From an uncultured Acidobacteriota bacterium (lineage in GTDB: Bacteria; Acidobacteriota; Vicinamibacteria; Vicinamibacterales; Fen-181): a DNA stretch of 64,000 nt. A program made the position numbers and the translations under genes. Numbering within the stretch: position 1 is the first letter of the stretch; every line of letters starts with the position of its first letter. Shown in pieces: positions 9,005-18,434 of this stretch. The notes beneath the pieces are model-generated. The model did no database searches and was not told where the DNA came from. It saw nothing but the letters and a program-made list of their open reading frames with translations. Where the stretch lies: contig CAWJPZ010000003.1 of the NCBI GenBank assembly GCA_963844875.1, positions 645,200-709,199 of the forward strand. Direction: 5' to 3'.

Positions 9005-10345
9005 ATGCCACAACGACTGTTCGGAACCGACGGCGTGCGAGGGCGCGCCGGGACCCATCCCCTCGATCTGCCGACGGTGCGCCGGCTCGGCGCCGCGCTC
9101 GTCCGGGCGCTGCCGCGGGCGGCCTCGCAGCATCACCTGCTGATCGGGCGCGATACCCGGGAGTCGGGTGAATGGATCGCGCGGGAACTGGCGCACGGCG
9201 CGCGCAGCGAAGGGGCCGTCGTCTCCAGCGCGGGCGTCATCAGCACGCCCGCCGTCGCGTACCTGACGCGGGAAGGCCACTACGACGCGGGTGTCGTCAT
9301 CTCGGCGTCGCACAACCCGTTCGAGGACAACGGCATCAAGGTGTTCTCGGGAGTCGGCGAGAAATTCACCGAACGGCTCGAGGCGGAGATTGAGGCGGTC
9401 GTCGCCGATCCCTCGTGGAGCGTTCCGGACGGCGAAGCATCGCCGATTGGGGACGAGGACCTGCTGGCGCGGTACCTGGCCCACGCTGCCTCGGCGCTGC
9501 CGGGTGCGGCCGCGCTCAGCGGGTCGCGCGTCGCGGTCGATTGTGCGAACGGCGCCACGTCCCGTCTCGCGCCACGGTTCCTGCGCGAACTGGGATTCGA
9601 GGTCGTCGAGACCGGGTGCTCGCCGGACGGTCGCAACATCAACCTGGAGTGCGGGTCCACGCACCCCCAGCCGCTCGCGCGCATCGTGGTGGAAAAGGGC
9701 TGCCGCCTCGGGATCGCGTTCGACGGCGACGGCGACAGGGCGATCTTCGTGGACCATCGCGGGCGCATCATCGACGGCGACGCGATCATGCTGCTGTGCG
9801 CGCGGTACCTGCAATCCGCCGGGCGGCTGAAGAACGACGCGATCGTCGCCACGGTGATGAGCAACATCGGCCTCGAGATCGCGCTGCGCGAGAGCGGCAT
9901 CGCCCTGGTGCGCTGCCCGGTTGGCGACAAGTACGTGATGGAGGAGATGATCGCGCGGGGCCTGTCGCTGGGGGGCGAGCAGTCGGGCCACGTCATCTTC
10001 TCGGAGTTCCTGTTCACCGGGGACGGCCTGGTGACCGCCTTGAACGTCCTCCAGGTCATGGAGGGCACGGGGCGCGACCTGGCCGATCTTGCCGCTCAGC
10101 TGACCGCCTATCCGCAGATCCTGCTCAACGTCCGCGTCCGCACGAGGACCGACCTCGCCGACCTGCCTGACGTGACCGCTGTCATCCGGGACGTCGAGCG
10201 GCGGCTCGGGGACACCGGCCGGCTGCTCGTCCGTTACTCGGGCACCGAGCCGCTGCTGCGGATCATGCTCGAGGGGCAGGACCAGGACCAGATTCGGGCG
10301 TGGGCCGAGGAAATTGCCGGCGCGGTGCGGGCACGGCTCGCGTGA
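9005..10345 (+). CDS. glmM: Phosphoglucosamine mutase
   Basis: '[12 protein letters not shown]', active-site '[15 protein letters not shown]', 'AFDGDGDR' and 'GGEQSGH'. Confidence 0.95.
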   Translation: MPQRLFGTDGVRGRAGTHPLDLPTVRRLGAALVRALPRAASQHHLLIGRDTRESGEWIARELAHGARSEGAVVSSAGVISTPAVAYLTREGHYDAGVVISASHNPFEDNGIKVFSGVGEKFTERLEAEIEAVVADPSWSVPDGEASPIGDEDLLARYLAHAASALPGAAALSGSRVAVDCANGATSRLAPRFLRELGFEVVETGCSPDGRNINLECGSTHPQPLARIVVEKGCRLGIAFDGDGDRAIFVDHRGRIIDGDAIMLLCARYLQSAGRLKNDAIVATVMSNIGLEIALRESGIALVRCPVGDKYVMEEMIARGLSLGGEQSGHVIFSEFLFTGDGLVTALNVLQVMEGTGRDLADLAAQLTAYPQILLNVRVRTRTDLADLPDVTAVIRDVERRLGDTGRLLVRYSGTEPLLRIMLEGQDQDQIRAWAEEIAGAVRARLA

Positions 10346-10386
10346 GCCGCGGACCGGGTGCCGGGCCTGAAGACGAGGAGCCGACC

Positions 10387-11097
10387 ATGCGACTGGGCGT
10401 CAACATCGATCACATCGCCACGATCCGCGAAGCGCGCAAGGCGCGAGAGCCCGAGCCCGTGGCTGCTGCCATCCTCGCCGAACTGGCGGGTGCGCACGGG
10501 ATCACGGTCCACCTGCGCGGCGACCGGCGTCACATCAAGGAACGCGACGTCGAACTGCTCAGGCAGGTCGTCTCCACGAAGTTGAACATCGAGATGGCGG
10601 CGACTGCCGAGATGGCGGCGATCGCGTCCCGCATCGGACCCGACCAGGTGACCCTCGTTCCCGAGCAACCGCACGAGTTGACCACACAGGGCGGCCTGGA
10701 CGTCGTCGCCAACCGCGCGTCGGTCCGCGAGGCGGTGTCGGCCCTGCGCCAGGCAGGCATCACCGTCAGCATCTTCATCGATCCGGAGCCAGCCCAGGTG
10801 ACGGCATCGAGGGAGGTGGGCGCCGACGCGATCGAGATCAACACCGGCGGTTACTCGGATGCGAAGCCGGCCGACCGCCGCGCGCGCCTGGAGGCCGTCC
10901 GCCAGGCAGCCAAGACCGCAGCCGGGCAGGGCCTCGAGGTGCTGGCGGGGCACGGCCTGACCTACGTGAACGTCCACCCTGTCGTCGCCATCCGCGAGAT
11001 CGCCGAGCTGAACATCGGGCACAGCATCGTGGCGCGTGCCGCGCTGGTCGGTCTCGAACGCGCGGTGCGCGAGATGATCGCGCTGCTGGAGCCGTAG
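10387..11097 (+). CDS. pdxJ: Pyridoxine 5'-phosphate synthase
   Basis: '[17 protein letters not shown]', '[12 protein letters not shown]', 'VTLVPE' and '[12 protein letters not shown]'. The ATG at 10387 follows GAGGAG. Confidence 0.95.
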   Translation: MRLGVNIDHIATIREARKAREPEPVAAAILAELAGAHGITVHLRGDRRHIKERDVELLRQVVSTKLNIEMAATAEMAAIASRIGPDQVTLVPEQPHELTTQGGLDVVANRASVREAVSALRQAGITVSIFIDPEPAQVTASREVGADAIEINTGGYSDAKPADRRARLEAVRQAAKTAAGQGLEVLAGHGLTYVNVHPVVAIREIAELNIGHSIVARAALVGLERAVREMIALLEP

Positions 11098-11807
11098 TGT
11101 TCTCCCGGGTTTCGTCGATTTCCACGCTCGTCCTTCTGCTCTGCGCGGCCGGCGCCGGCGCGGCGACCAGCGACGTGCAGTTCAGGACGGACGACGGGGT
11201 GACGATTGCGGGGACGCTGTATCTGCCCGGGCGGCCCGGCCCCGGGATCCTCCTCCTCCACGCGTTGAGCCGGAGTCGCGAGGATTGGAGCGGCGTCGCC
11301 TCTCGGCTGTCGGACGCCGGCTTCGTCGTCCTGGCGATCGACCTGCGGGGGCACGGAACGTCCGGCCCCCTGCCGGCGGGTGCGGACCTTCAGCAGTTGT
11401 CGGGGATGAATGCCGATGTCCGCGCGGCGCGGGCGTTTCTGGCGTCGCGGCGGGAGGTGTTGCCGAACCGGATTGGAATCGCGGGCGCGTCGATCGGCGC
11501 AAACCTCGCCATCCTCGCCGCGGCGAACGATGCCAGCGTGCGGTCGCTCGTGCTGCTTTCGCCCGGGATCGATTACCGCGGACTGCGGCCGGAGGCGGCG
11601 CTCAAGAAATACGGCGAGCGGCCGGCGCTGCTCGTGGCCAGCCAGGAGGACAATTACGCCGCGAACTCCGCCAAACAGCTGGCGAGGAGCGGTGGAGTGA
11701 GGGACCTTCGCATCCTCAACGGTGCCGGGCATGGCACGAACATGCTCGTGCACCAGCCCGATCTCGCCGGCGCGCTGGTGGACTGGTTCCGCCGCACGCT
11801 GCTATGA
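11097..11807 (+). CDS. Secreted alpha/beta-fold hydrolase
   Basis: It has a signal peptide, 'ILLLHALSRSREDW', 'AIDLRGHG', nucleophile elbow 'GASIGA' and C-terminal 'GAGHG'. Confidence 0.7.
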   Translation: MFSRVSSISTLVLLLCAAGAGAATSDVQFRTDDGVTIAGTLYLPGRPGPGILLLHALSRSREDWSGVASRLSDAGFVVLAIDLRGHGTSGPLPAGADLQQLSGMNADVRAARAFLASRREVLPNRIGIAGASIGANLAILAAANDASVRSLVLLSPGIDYRGLRPEAALKKYGERPALLVASQEDNYAANSAKQLARSGGVRDLRILNGAGHGTNMLVHQPDLAGALVDWFRRTLL

Positions 11808-11836
11808 TCGATCCACATCCCCACTTTGGAAGTGCC

Positions 11837-12472
11837 ATGAAACCCGAATCGATTGTCTTTGCCGTTGCCGGCGCGTTCTTTGGGCTCATTGTCGGCTGGG
11901 TGCTCGGCAGCCAGCAGGTCGCGCCCGCACATCTCGCTGCGCCGCCCGCCGCGCAGGCCGCCGCTGCCGCGCCCGCCCCGGCGGCCGCGCCGCAGGCGCA
12001 GGCGCCGCGGGCGCTCGACGAGAACCAGGTGCGAACGCTGGCCGACGCGGCGCAGAAGAATCCCTCGGACGCGAAGGTCCGCGTCGAGCTCGGCAACCTC
12101 TACTTCGACGCCGAGCGGTACTCCGACGCGGTGACCTGGTACGAGGCGGCGCTGAAGATCAATCCGAAGGACCCGGACGTCAGCACCGATCTCGGCGTGA
12201 GTTTCCACTACCTCAACCAGCCGGATCGGGCGCTGGCCCAGTTCCAGGAGTCCCTCAAGGCGGACCCGAAGCACGCGAAGACGATGCTCAACCAGGGGAT
12301 CGTGCTCGCCTACGGCAAGCAGGACCTTGCCGGCGCGGCTGCGGCGTGGGAGAAGTTGATCCAGGTGGCGCCGACTTCCCCCGAGGCGGACATCGCGAGG
12401 CGCGCCCTCCAGGGACTGAAGTCCGCGCACCCCGAGGCTGGCGGCAAGGCCCCGGGCACCCCGGGAGATTAG
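11837..12472 (+). CDS. Membrane-anchored TPR-repeat protein
   Basis: An N-terminal TM segment, an Ala/Pro linker, then TPR-like repeats ('LGNLYFDAERYSDAVTWYEAALKINP...'). The ATG at 11837 lies inside a longer out-of-context ORF. Confidence 0.65.
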   Translation: MKPESIVFAVAGAFFGLIVGWVLGSQQVAPAHLAAPPAAQAAAAAPAPAAAPQAQAPRALDENQVRTLADAAQKNPSDAKVRVELGNLYFDAERYSDAVTWYEAALKINPKDPDVSTDLGVSFHYLNQPDRALAQFQESLKADPKHAKTMLNQGIVLAYGKQDLAGAAAAWEKLIQVAPTSPEADIARRALQGLKSAHPEAGGKAPGTPGD

Positions 12473-12493
12473 GCCGCCCGAGGGGCAACGTCG

Positions 12494-12766
12494 ATGGGCA
12501 TCCTGCTCCGGATCGTTCTGCTGTTCCTGCTGGTGATGCTCGTCCTGCGGGCATTCTGGCGGCTCGTCGCAGGGGTGATTGACGGCGCCGCGCTGCCGGG
12601 CGCCAGGAATCCCGGCCCGCCCGAGCGCGGGGTGCAGATGGTCCGCGACCCGGTCTGCGGGACGTTCCTTCTTCCCGCGAACGCGGTCAGCCTCACCGGG
12701 CGCCGCGGAGACGTGCACTACTTCTGCTCGGACCGGTGCCGCGACGCGTACAGGGCGCGGGCGTGA
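12494..12766 (+). CDS. Small membrane protein with a C-terminal YHS/TRASH-type Cys motif
   Basis: An N-terminal TM segment and 'DPVCGTF...HYFCSDRCRDAY' (C-x2-C...C-x3-C), typical of YHS/TRASH metal-binding modules. Confidence 0.55.
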   Translation: MGILLRIVLLFLLVMLVLRAFWRLVAGVIDGAALPGARNPGPPERGVQMVRDPVCGTFLLPANAVSLTGRRGDVHYFCSDRCRDAYRARA

Positions 12767-13728
12767 AGCCGCCGGTCCTCCTGACCCGCCGCATTCCGTC
12801 TCTCGTTCTTGGCCGCCTCGAAGAGGCGTGCGAGGTGGACCTCTACGCCGGCGATGAGGCGATTCCCAGGGACGAGTTGTTGAGCCGAATCCGGGGCAAG
12901 CACGCCCTCCTGTGCCTGCTGACCGACCGCGTCGACCGGGAGGTGATCGCCGCCGCCGACGACCTTCGGATCGTGGCGAACATCGCGGTGGGCTATGACA
13001 ACGTGGACGTGGCGGCCGCGCGGGAACGGGGCATCCCGGTCACCAACACCCCGGACGTCCTCACGGAGGCAACCGCCGAACTGACGTGGGCGCTCATCCT
13101 GGCGGCGACGAGGCGCATTGCGGAAGGCGAGCGGCTTCTGCGCCGCGGCGGCTGGAAAGGCTGGGCGCTGGACTTCATGCTCGGGATGGAACTCCGCGGG
13201 AAACAGCTCGGCATCGTGGGACTCGGCCGGATCGGCGCGGCAGTGGCTGCCCGTGCGCCGGCCTTCGGGATGACGGTCGCGTGCTGCACGCTCGGAAGCG
13301 ATCCGCGCCCGGGCAGCCCACGCCCGATTCCCGGCGTCCGGTTCCTGTCGCTGGACCGTCTCCTGTCCTCGTCCGACGTGGTCTCGCTGCACGTGCCGCT
13401 GACCGCTTCCACCAGGCATCTGATTGACCGCGCCGCCTTGATGCGCATGAAGCGCTCGGCCTACCTCGTGAACACGGCCCGAGGGCCGGTCGTCGACGAA
13501 GCGGCGCTCGCCTGGGCGCTCGAGCAGCGGCTGATTGCCGGGGCGGCACTCGACGTATACGAGCAGGAACCGAACGTTGCCCCGTCGCTCCTCGAGCTCG
13601 AGAACGTCGTCCTGGCTCCGCACCTTGGGAGCGCGACGGGCGAGACGCGCACGGCGATGGCGTCGCTCGCAGTGGACAACGTCCTCGCGGTGCTGCAGGG
13701 GCGTCCCCCGCTCACGCCGGTTGGGTAA
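12763..13728 (+). CDS. D-isomer-specific 2-hydroxyacid dehydrogenase (glyoxylate/hydroxypyruvate reductase-like)
   Basis: 'GIVGLGRIGAAVA', 'LHVPLT..T.HLI', 'LVNTARGPVVDE', 'AALDVYEQEP' and 'APHLGSAT'. The GTG start overlaps the upstream stop (GTGA). Confidence 0.85.
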   Translation: MKPPVLLTRRIPSLVLGRLEEACEVDLYAGDEAIPRDELLSRIRGKHALLCLLTDRVDREVIAAADDLRIVANIAVGYDNVDVAAARERGIPVTNTPDVLTEATAELTWALILAATRRIAEGERLLRRGGWKGWALDFMLGMELRGKQLGIVGLGRIGAAVAARAPAFGMTVACCTLGSDPRPGSPRPIPGVRFLSLDRLLSSSDVVSLHVPLTASTRHLIDRAALMRMKRSAYLVNTARGPVVDEAALAWALEQRLIAGAALDVYEQEPNVAPSLLELENVVLAPHLGSATGETRTAMASLAVDNVLAVLQGRPPLTPVG

Positions 13729-13730
13729 TC

Positions 13731-14426
13731 ATGCGGAAATCGACCCTCCCGATTCCACAGGTCATGCGGGCGCTCGGCCGCGCCATCAATGACCACGAAC
13801 TGCCGGCGATCGAGAAGATTGCGAAGTCACGCCAGCGGCATGCGTTTCACGTCCTGATCGGCACGCTGCTGTCGGCGAGAACGCAGGATGCGACAACGGC
13901 CGCCGCGTCGGAGCGCCTGTTCCGGGCCGCGCCGACGCCGTCCAGGATGGCGTCGCTCACCACCCGACAGATCGAGCGGCTGGTCTACCCGGTCAGCTTC
14001 TACCGGAACAAGGCGCAGCACGTGAAGGCAACGTGCGCCTTGCTGCTGGAGCGCTTTGGCGGGAAGGTCCCGGGGACGATGGAAGAATTGCTGACGCTGC
14101 CCGGTGTCGGCCGGAAGACCGCCAACCTGGTGCTCATCCTGGCGTTCGCGAGCCGAGACAATATCTGCGTGGACACCCACGTCCACCGGATTTCCAATCG
14201 TCTCGGCTGGGTCGTCACGCGGACGCCCGAGCAGACCGAACAGGCGCTCTACCGGGTCGCCGACCGAAGGTGGTGGGCCGACATCAACCTTTACCTGGTT
14301 ACCTGGGGGCAAAACGTTTGTCGGCCTGTTCGGCCGCGCTGCCCGGCCTGCGTGATTAGCCGGTGGTGTCCTCGGGTCGGCGTGCAGCAACCGCCCCGCA
14401 GGACGGGCACTCAATCAGCCGGATGA
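13731..14426 (+). CDS. nth: Endonuclease III family DNA glycosylase
   Basis: HhH-GPD 'LLTLPGVGRKTANLVL', 'VDTHVHRISNRLG' and a C-terminal 4-Cys cluster 'C..RPVRPRCPAC....C'. Confidence 0.85.
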   Translation: MRKSTLPIPQVMRALGRAINDHELPAIEKIAKSRQRHAFHVLIGTLLSARTQDATTAAASERLFRAAPTPSRMASLTTRQIERLVYPVSFYRNKAQHVKATCALLLERFGGKVPGTMEELLTLPGVGRKTANLVLILAFASRDNICVDTHVHRISNRLGWVVTRTPEQTEQALYRVADRRWWADINLYLVTWGQNVCRPVRPRCPACVISRWCPRVGVQQPPRRTGTQSAG

Positions 14427-15694
14427 CGCGGCGGCCGGCTGGCCAGAGCGTCGCGAACCACGCGGGTGATCCGCCGCATCTGCGGGTCGTTCAGCGAGGC
14501 GTGGACGGGGACCTGGATCGCCTCGGCGGCCCGGTCCGCGCCGGGACACTCCACCCTCTCGGCTGCGAACAGCTCCAGGCGTGGGCAGACGTCGGCCTCG
14601 TGCAGCTGGACGTCCACGCCCCGGCGGATGCAGCGCCGAACGAGCGCGGCGCAGCGGGCGACCGGCAGGCGGTATTGATAGTAGACGTGGGTGCGCTCGG
14701 GCGGCTCGGCCGGCAACTGCGCACCTGGAACGTCCGCCAGCGCCACGTTCACCGCGTGCGCATGGGACCGCGTCGCCGCCGTCCAGCCGTCCAGCAGATC
14801 CAGCCCCGCCAGGCCCAGGGCTGCCTGCACGTTGCTGAAACGCTCCAGGTACGACTCGGGTAGCGGATCGAGGCGGCGGACCTTTTCCCAGGAGAACGGG
14901 TCCGGCCGGCCGCCCAGGAAGCTCGCGGCCCACTGGAGCGGGAAGCCGGTCAGCGCGAACAGGCGCGGTCGGGTGAAGGCTCCCTGCAGTCGTCCAGCGA
15001 ACAGCCTGTTCGCCGTCCGCCTCTCGTGCGGCCAGTGCAGTCGCTCCACCTGCTCGCGGAGCCGCGCCGCCACCTCGCTGTCCCGAACGACCGCCATTCC
15101 GCCCCCGCCGCAGTTCAGCGGCTTCCAGCTGTGGAAACTGAAAAACGCACCATCCCCGAGCGACCCGACCGGGCGGCCCCGATACGTGGCGCCGAGCGCC
15201 TGGGCGCAGTCCTCGATTACTGCCAGGCCGTGCCGGCCCGCGATGTCCAGGATGGCCTCCATGTCGCAGGGAAGGCCGAACATGTGGGTTGGGACCACCG
15301 CCCGTGACTTGTCGGTGATCGCCCGCTCCAGGGAGGCGGGGTCGAGGCAGCCGGTCGCAGGGTCGACGTCGGCGAACCGCACCCTCAGGCGCGCGACCCG
15401 GGCCATCTCCGGGACCACCCAGGACGACAGGGCGGGCAGGATGACCTCCGAGCCCGGTGGCAGCTGCAGCGCCTTCAGGATGAAGTAGAAGGCCATCCGG
15501 CCGAAGGATGTGGCTGTGGCGTGATGGCCGGCGATTCGGGCAGCGAACGCTGCCTGGAACGCGGCGATTTGGGGACCCTGGATGAACTGCCCGCGCTCGC
15601 GGCACGCCGCGACGATCTGGGGGGTCGTCGGATGAACGCGCATTCCGTAGCGGGAGATTGCCGTCAGCATCGCGGTCGGCGAATGGTATCCCAC
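14411..15694 (-). CDS. DegT/DnrJ/EryC1/StrS-family PLP-dependent aminotransferase
   Basis: 'GPQIAAFQAAFA', 'IEDCAQALGATYRGRPVGSLGDGAFFSFHSWKPLN' (PLP lysine context). The start is uncertain (15694, 15670 or 15643). Confidence 0.8.
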   Translation of the reverse strand: MGYHSPTAMLTAISRYGMRVHPTTPQIVAACRERGQFIQGPQIAAFQAAFAARIAGHHATATSFGRMAFYFILKALQLPPGSEVILPALSSWVVPEMARVARLRVRFADVDPATGCLDPASLERAITDKSRAVVPTHMFGLPCDMEAILDIAGRHGLAVIEDCAQALGATYRGRPVGSLGDGAFFSFHSWKPLNCGGGGMAVVRDSEVAARLREQVERLHWPHERRTANRLFAGRLQGAFTRPRLFALTGFPLQWAASFLGGRPDPFSWEKVRRLDPLPESYLERFSNVQAALGLAGLDLLDGWTAATRSHAHAVNVALADVPGAQLPAEPPERTHVYYQYRLPVARCAALVRRCIRRGVDVQLHEADVCPRLELFAAERVECPGADRAAEAIQVPVHASLNDPQMRRITRVVRDALASRPPRHPAD

Positions 15695-15729
15695 CGTTCA
15701 TCCGCCCGCAAACCCCAGTCTCGAAGTCT

Positions 15730-16680
15730 TTAGAGCAGGTCGCCGAGCGGCCGCGGGACGATGTCGCGGAGTTCGGGATAGGTGTCGAGCATGGCCGGCC
15801 GGTACTCCCCGGTGACCGGCTGGCCGAGCTGGTGCTTCAACACCGTCGCATTCACCACCGACTTGGCCGCGAAGTGGTTGTTGAGATACAGGTACGCTTT
15901 TCGGACCTCCGGATCGACCGTCCGAGCGACGGCGGCGAACGGCCGCAACTCCTCCGGCGAGTAGAGGTAGTTGTACCGTTCCTCCGGCGCCTCGGGCGAC
16001 CACCACTGCGCCGCGTTCCGGCCGTGCAGCCGAAGGTAGTAGAAACGATCGGTGTTCGGCACGAGGTCCTGGCGGATCGACATGCGAAACTTCGGTTCGT
16101 CGATCTGCACCCACGCGGCGCTCGCGGAATCGAGCAGCTCCCGCGTCGCCGCGTGAGCGTCGCTCCAGGAGCGGTGCCGCAGTTCAACGGCGAGAGGGTA
16201 GTCGTGGAACGTGCGCAGGAGGCCAGCGAGGTAGTCGGTGCCGGCGGTGTCGGCATGGAAACCCGCCGGGAACTGCACCAGCACCGCACCCAGCTTGCCA
16301 CCCGCAACGATTGGCTCGAGTCCGGTGCGGAATTCGTCCACGTCGAATTGGGTCGGCTGCGGAAGCGCGCGCGGTCCGGAAGACGCGTCGACCGGCTGGG
16401 TCCCCCGTCCCACGGTCATCGGATGTGTGAACTTCTGGTGGAGCTTCACCGAGAACTCGAAGCCGCGCGGCGTCTGCTTCACCCACCGCGCCGTGGTTGA
16501 GGCGACCGGCGGGCGATAGAACGTCACGTTCACTTCGACGGTGTCGAAGTGCTCCGCGTAGTACGCCAGCTCTTCGCCGGCACGAAACCCTCCTGTCCCC
16601 CGGGGAGGATAGAAGATGCCGTTCCACGTTCCGCGGCCTGCGGGGTAGCTCCAGCCGGAGGTGCCGACGCGGACGTTCAC
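15730..16680 (-). CDS. DUF72 (UPF0759/YecE-like) protein
   Basis: 'VRVGTSGWSYPAGRGTWNGIFYP', 'YAEHFDTVEVNVTFYR', 'GAVLVQFP' and 'AVELRHRSW' match the DUF72 layout. The GTG start overlaps the queE stop (GTGA). Confidence 0.8.
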   Translation of the reverse strand: MNVRVGTSGWSYPAGRGTWNGIFYPPRGTGGFRAGEELAYYAEHFDTVEVNVTFYRPPVASTTARWVKQTPRGFEFSVKLHQKFTHPMTVGRGTQPVDASSGPRALPQPTQFDVDEFRTGLEPIVAGGKLGAVLVQFPAGFHADTAGTDYLAGLLRTFHDYPLAVELRHRSWSDAHAATRELLDSASAAWVQIDEPKFRMSIRQDLVPNTDRFYYLRLHGRNAAQWWSPEAPEERYNYLYSPEELRPFAAVARTVDPEVRKAYLYLNNHFAAKSVVNATVLKHQLGQPVTGEYRPAMLDTYPELRDIVPRPLGDLL

Positions 16681-17318
16681 ACGCCTCTCCTGTCCGGGCT
16701 CCAGATGTATTTGTGCACCTGCAGCTGCACGCGAACGGGAAGCCGATCGGCGAGGACCCAGGCCGACAAGTCGGCAGGGGCCAGGCGGCCGTGGACCGGG
16801 GAGAACAGGACGCTCGACACCCGCCCGACCAGGCCGTGGCGCTCCACCACGTCCTTCGCAAACGCGTAGTCGGCACGATCCGCCAGGACGAATTTCAGCT
16901 CGTCGCTGGGGCGCAGCTCCTGGAGATTCTCCCAGTGGATCCTGGCCGACTCGCCGCTTCCCGGGCACTTGATGTCGACGATTCGCACCGCGCCGGACGG
17001 GACGCGGCCGATCGGAAGGTGGCCGCCCGTTTCGACCAGCACCTGGAAGCCTTCGTCGAGGAGACGTTCCATCAGGGGGTAGGCATCCGGTTGCAGGAGC
17101 GGCTCGCCGCCGGTCACTTCCACGAGACGGCAGCCGTAGGATTTCACCTCCTCGACCACCTCGTCGACCTCGCGCTTGCGTCCCTCGTGGAACGCGTAAG
17201 GAGTGTCGCACCACGAGCAACGGAGGTCGCACGCCGTCAGGCGCACGAAGACGCACGGCAGCCCGGCATAGCTCGACTCGCCCTGGATCGAATGGAAGAC
17301 CTCGTTCACCGTCAGCAT
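16677..17318 (-). CDS. queE: 7-carboxy-7-deazaguanine synthase (radical SAM)
   Basis: '[39 protein letters not shown]' (CxxxCxxC) and '[11 protein letters not shown]'. The ATG at 17318 lies inside a longer shadow ORF. Confidence 0.9.
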   Translation of the reverse strand: MLTVNEVFHSIQGESSYAGLPCVFVRLTACDLRCSWCDTPYAFHEGRKREVDEVVEEVKSYGCRLVEVTGGEPLLQPDAYPLMERLLDEGFQVLVETGGHLPIGRVPSGAVRIVDIKCPGSGESARIHWENLQELRPSDELKFVLADRADYAFAKDVVERHGLVGRVSSVLFSPVHGRLAPADLSAWVLADRLPVRVQLQVHKYIWSPDRRGV

Positions 17319-17399
17319 TCTTCCGTATTGTAGTGCAGGCCACGCGGCCGCCGGGCGCGTGCGATGGCATAATGCTCGGGAGCCGGACAGGAGGTGAGC

Positions 17400-17741
17400 G
17401 TGGCCAGGCCCGTGTTCTACTGCAAGCCGACTTGAACGACCTGCCGCAACGCCAGGAGTTACCTGGACGAGATGGGGGTCGAGGTCGAGTTCAAGGACAT
17501 CGTGAAGGAACCGCCGCCGCGCGCGTTCCTGGAGCAGCAAGTGGACGCCCGGCGTTTCCTCGACTTCGTCAGCAAGCGGAGCCCCGTGTGGAAGGAACGC
17601 CCGCTGCCGGCCTCGAAGAAGGAAGCGATCGACCTCATGCTCGAGCAGCCAAACCTCATCCGGAGGCCGATCCTGATCAAGGGTTCGCGCGTGCTCTTCG
17701 GATTCGACAAGGACGAGTACAAGGCGGTGGCTGGGAAGTGA
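17400..17741 (+). CDS. ArsC/Spx/YffB-family thioredoxin-fold protein with an in-frame TGA (17433-17435) at the first Cys of CxxC; candidate selenoprotein
   Basis: AGGAGG at 17389-17394, then GTG 17400. The frame reads [26 protein letters not shown] and runs into the 17472..17741 ORF ('[29 protein letters not shown]'). There is a hairpin 17 nt after the TGA. Confidence 0.6.
17450..17469 (+). promoter_or_regulatory. SECIS-like hairpin downstream of the in-frame UGA
   Basis: CCAGG (17452-17456), loop AGUUA, CCUGG (17462-17466). The stem extends by G51-C68 and C50-G69 with A67 bulged. The loop G lies 23 nt from the UGA. Confidence 0.35.
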
Positions 17742-18427
17742 TGTCAGCCGTGTCACGCGCGATCGTCCTGCTCAGCGGCGGGCTCGACTCGGCGACGGCG
17801 GCCGCAATGGCGACGGCCGAAGGATTCGAGTTGTACGCCCTGACGGTGGCCTACGGCCAACGGCACCAGTGCGAGATCCACGCGGCCCGGGCAGTGGCGC
17901 GCGCCCTCGGCGTGGTGCGGCACGTGGAGCTGCAGGTCGACCTGTCCGCGTTCGGCGGCTCGGCGCTGACGGCCGCCATCGACGTCCCCAAGGACCGGGA
18001 CCTGGATGCGGGCGACATCCCCTCGACGTACGTGCCTGCTCGCAACACGGTGTTCCTGTCGCTGGCCCTGGCCTGGGCGGAAACCCTCGACGCCCGGGAC
18101 ATCTTCATCGGCGTCAACGCGCTCGACTACTCGGGCTACCCGGACTGCCGGCCGGAGTTCATCCAGGCGTTCGAAGCGCTGGCGGGGGTGGCCACCAAGG
18201 CCGGCGTGGAAGGGGCCCGGGTGAAGGTCCACGCCCCGTTGATCAGGATGACGAAGGCAGAGATCATCCGGCGCGGGCTCGAGCTGGGCGTGGACTACGG
18301 GCTCACTCACAGCTGCTACGACCCGGATTCGGCCGGCCGCCCTTGCGGCCGGTGCGACAGCTGCCTGCTTCGGGCCAAGGGGTTTGCGGAAGCGGGCGTC
18401 GTCGACCCCGTGCAATCCACACGATAA
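17741..18427 (+). CDS. queC: 7-cyano-7-deazaguanine synthase
   Basis: '[15 protein letters not shown]', 'TYVPARN', '[12 protein letters not shown]' and C-terminal 'CGRCDSC'. The ATG overlaps the upstream TGA (TGATG). Confidence 0.95.
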   Translation: MSAVSRAIVLLSGGLDSATAAAMATAEGFELYALTVAYGQRHQCEIHAARAVARALGVVRHVELQVDLSAFGGSALTAAIDVPKDRDLDAGDIPSTYVPARNTVFLSLALAWAETLDARDIFIGVNALDYSGYPDCRPEFIQAFEALAGVATKAGVEGARVKVHAPLIRMTKAEIIRRGLELGVDYGLTHSCYDPDSAGRPCGRCDSCLLRAKGFAEAGVVDPVQSTR

Positions 18428-18434
18428 GTTGCCT

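Noticed and set aside
13270-13340. An odd segment in the 2-hydroxyacid dehydrogenase ('GMTVACCTLGSDPRPGSPRPIPGVRF'). An alternative frame reads 'RVLHARKRSAPG', which looks more like the usual 'GM.VLYH.R...' region.
   Set aside because: This would need two compensating indels that I cannot place. The annotated frame is uninterrupted and the flanking motifs are intact. I flag it only as a place to inspect in the reads.
17319-17399. A preQ1 riboswitch in the queE/queC divergent region.
   Set aside because: The 81-nt gap contains only promoter-like hexamers (TGgCATAAT on the plus strand, TACAAT on the minus strand) and the SD. I could not find the preQ1 aptamer features, namely a short hairpin plus an A-rich tail.
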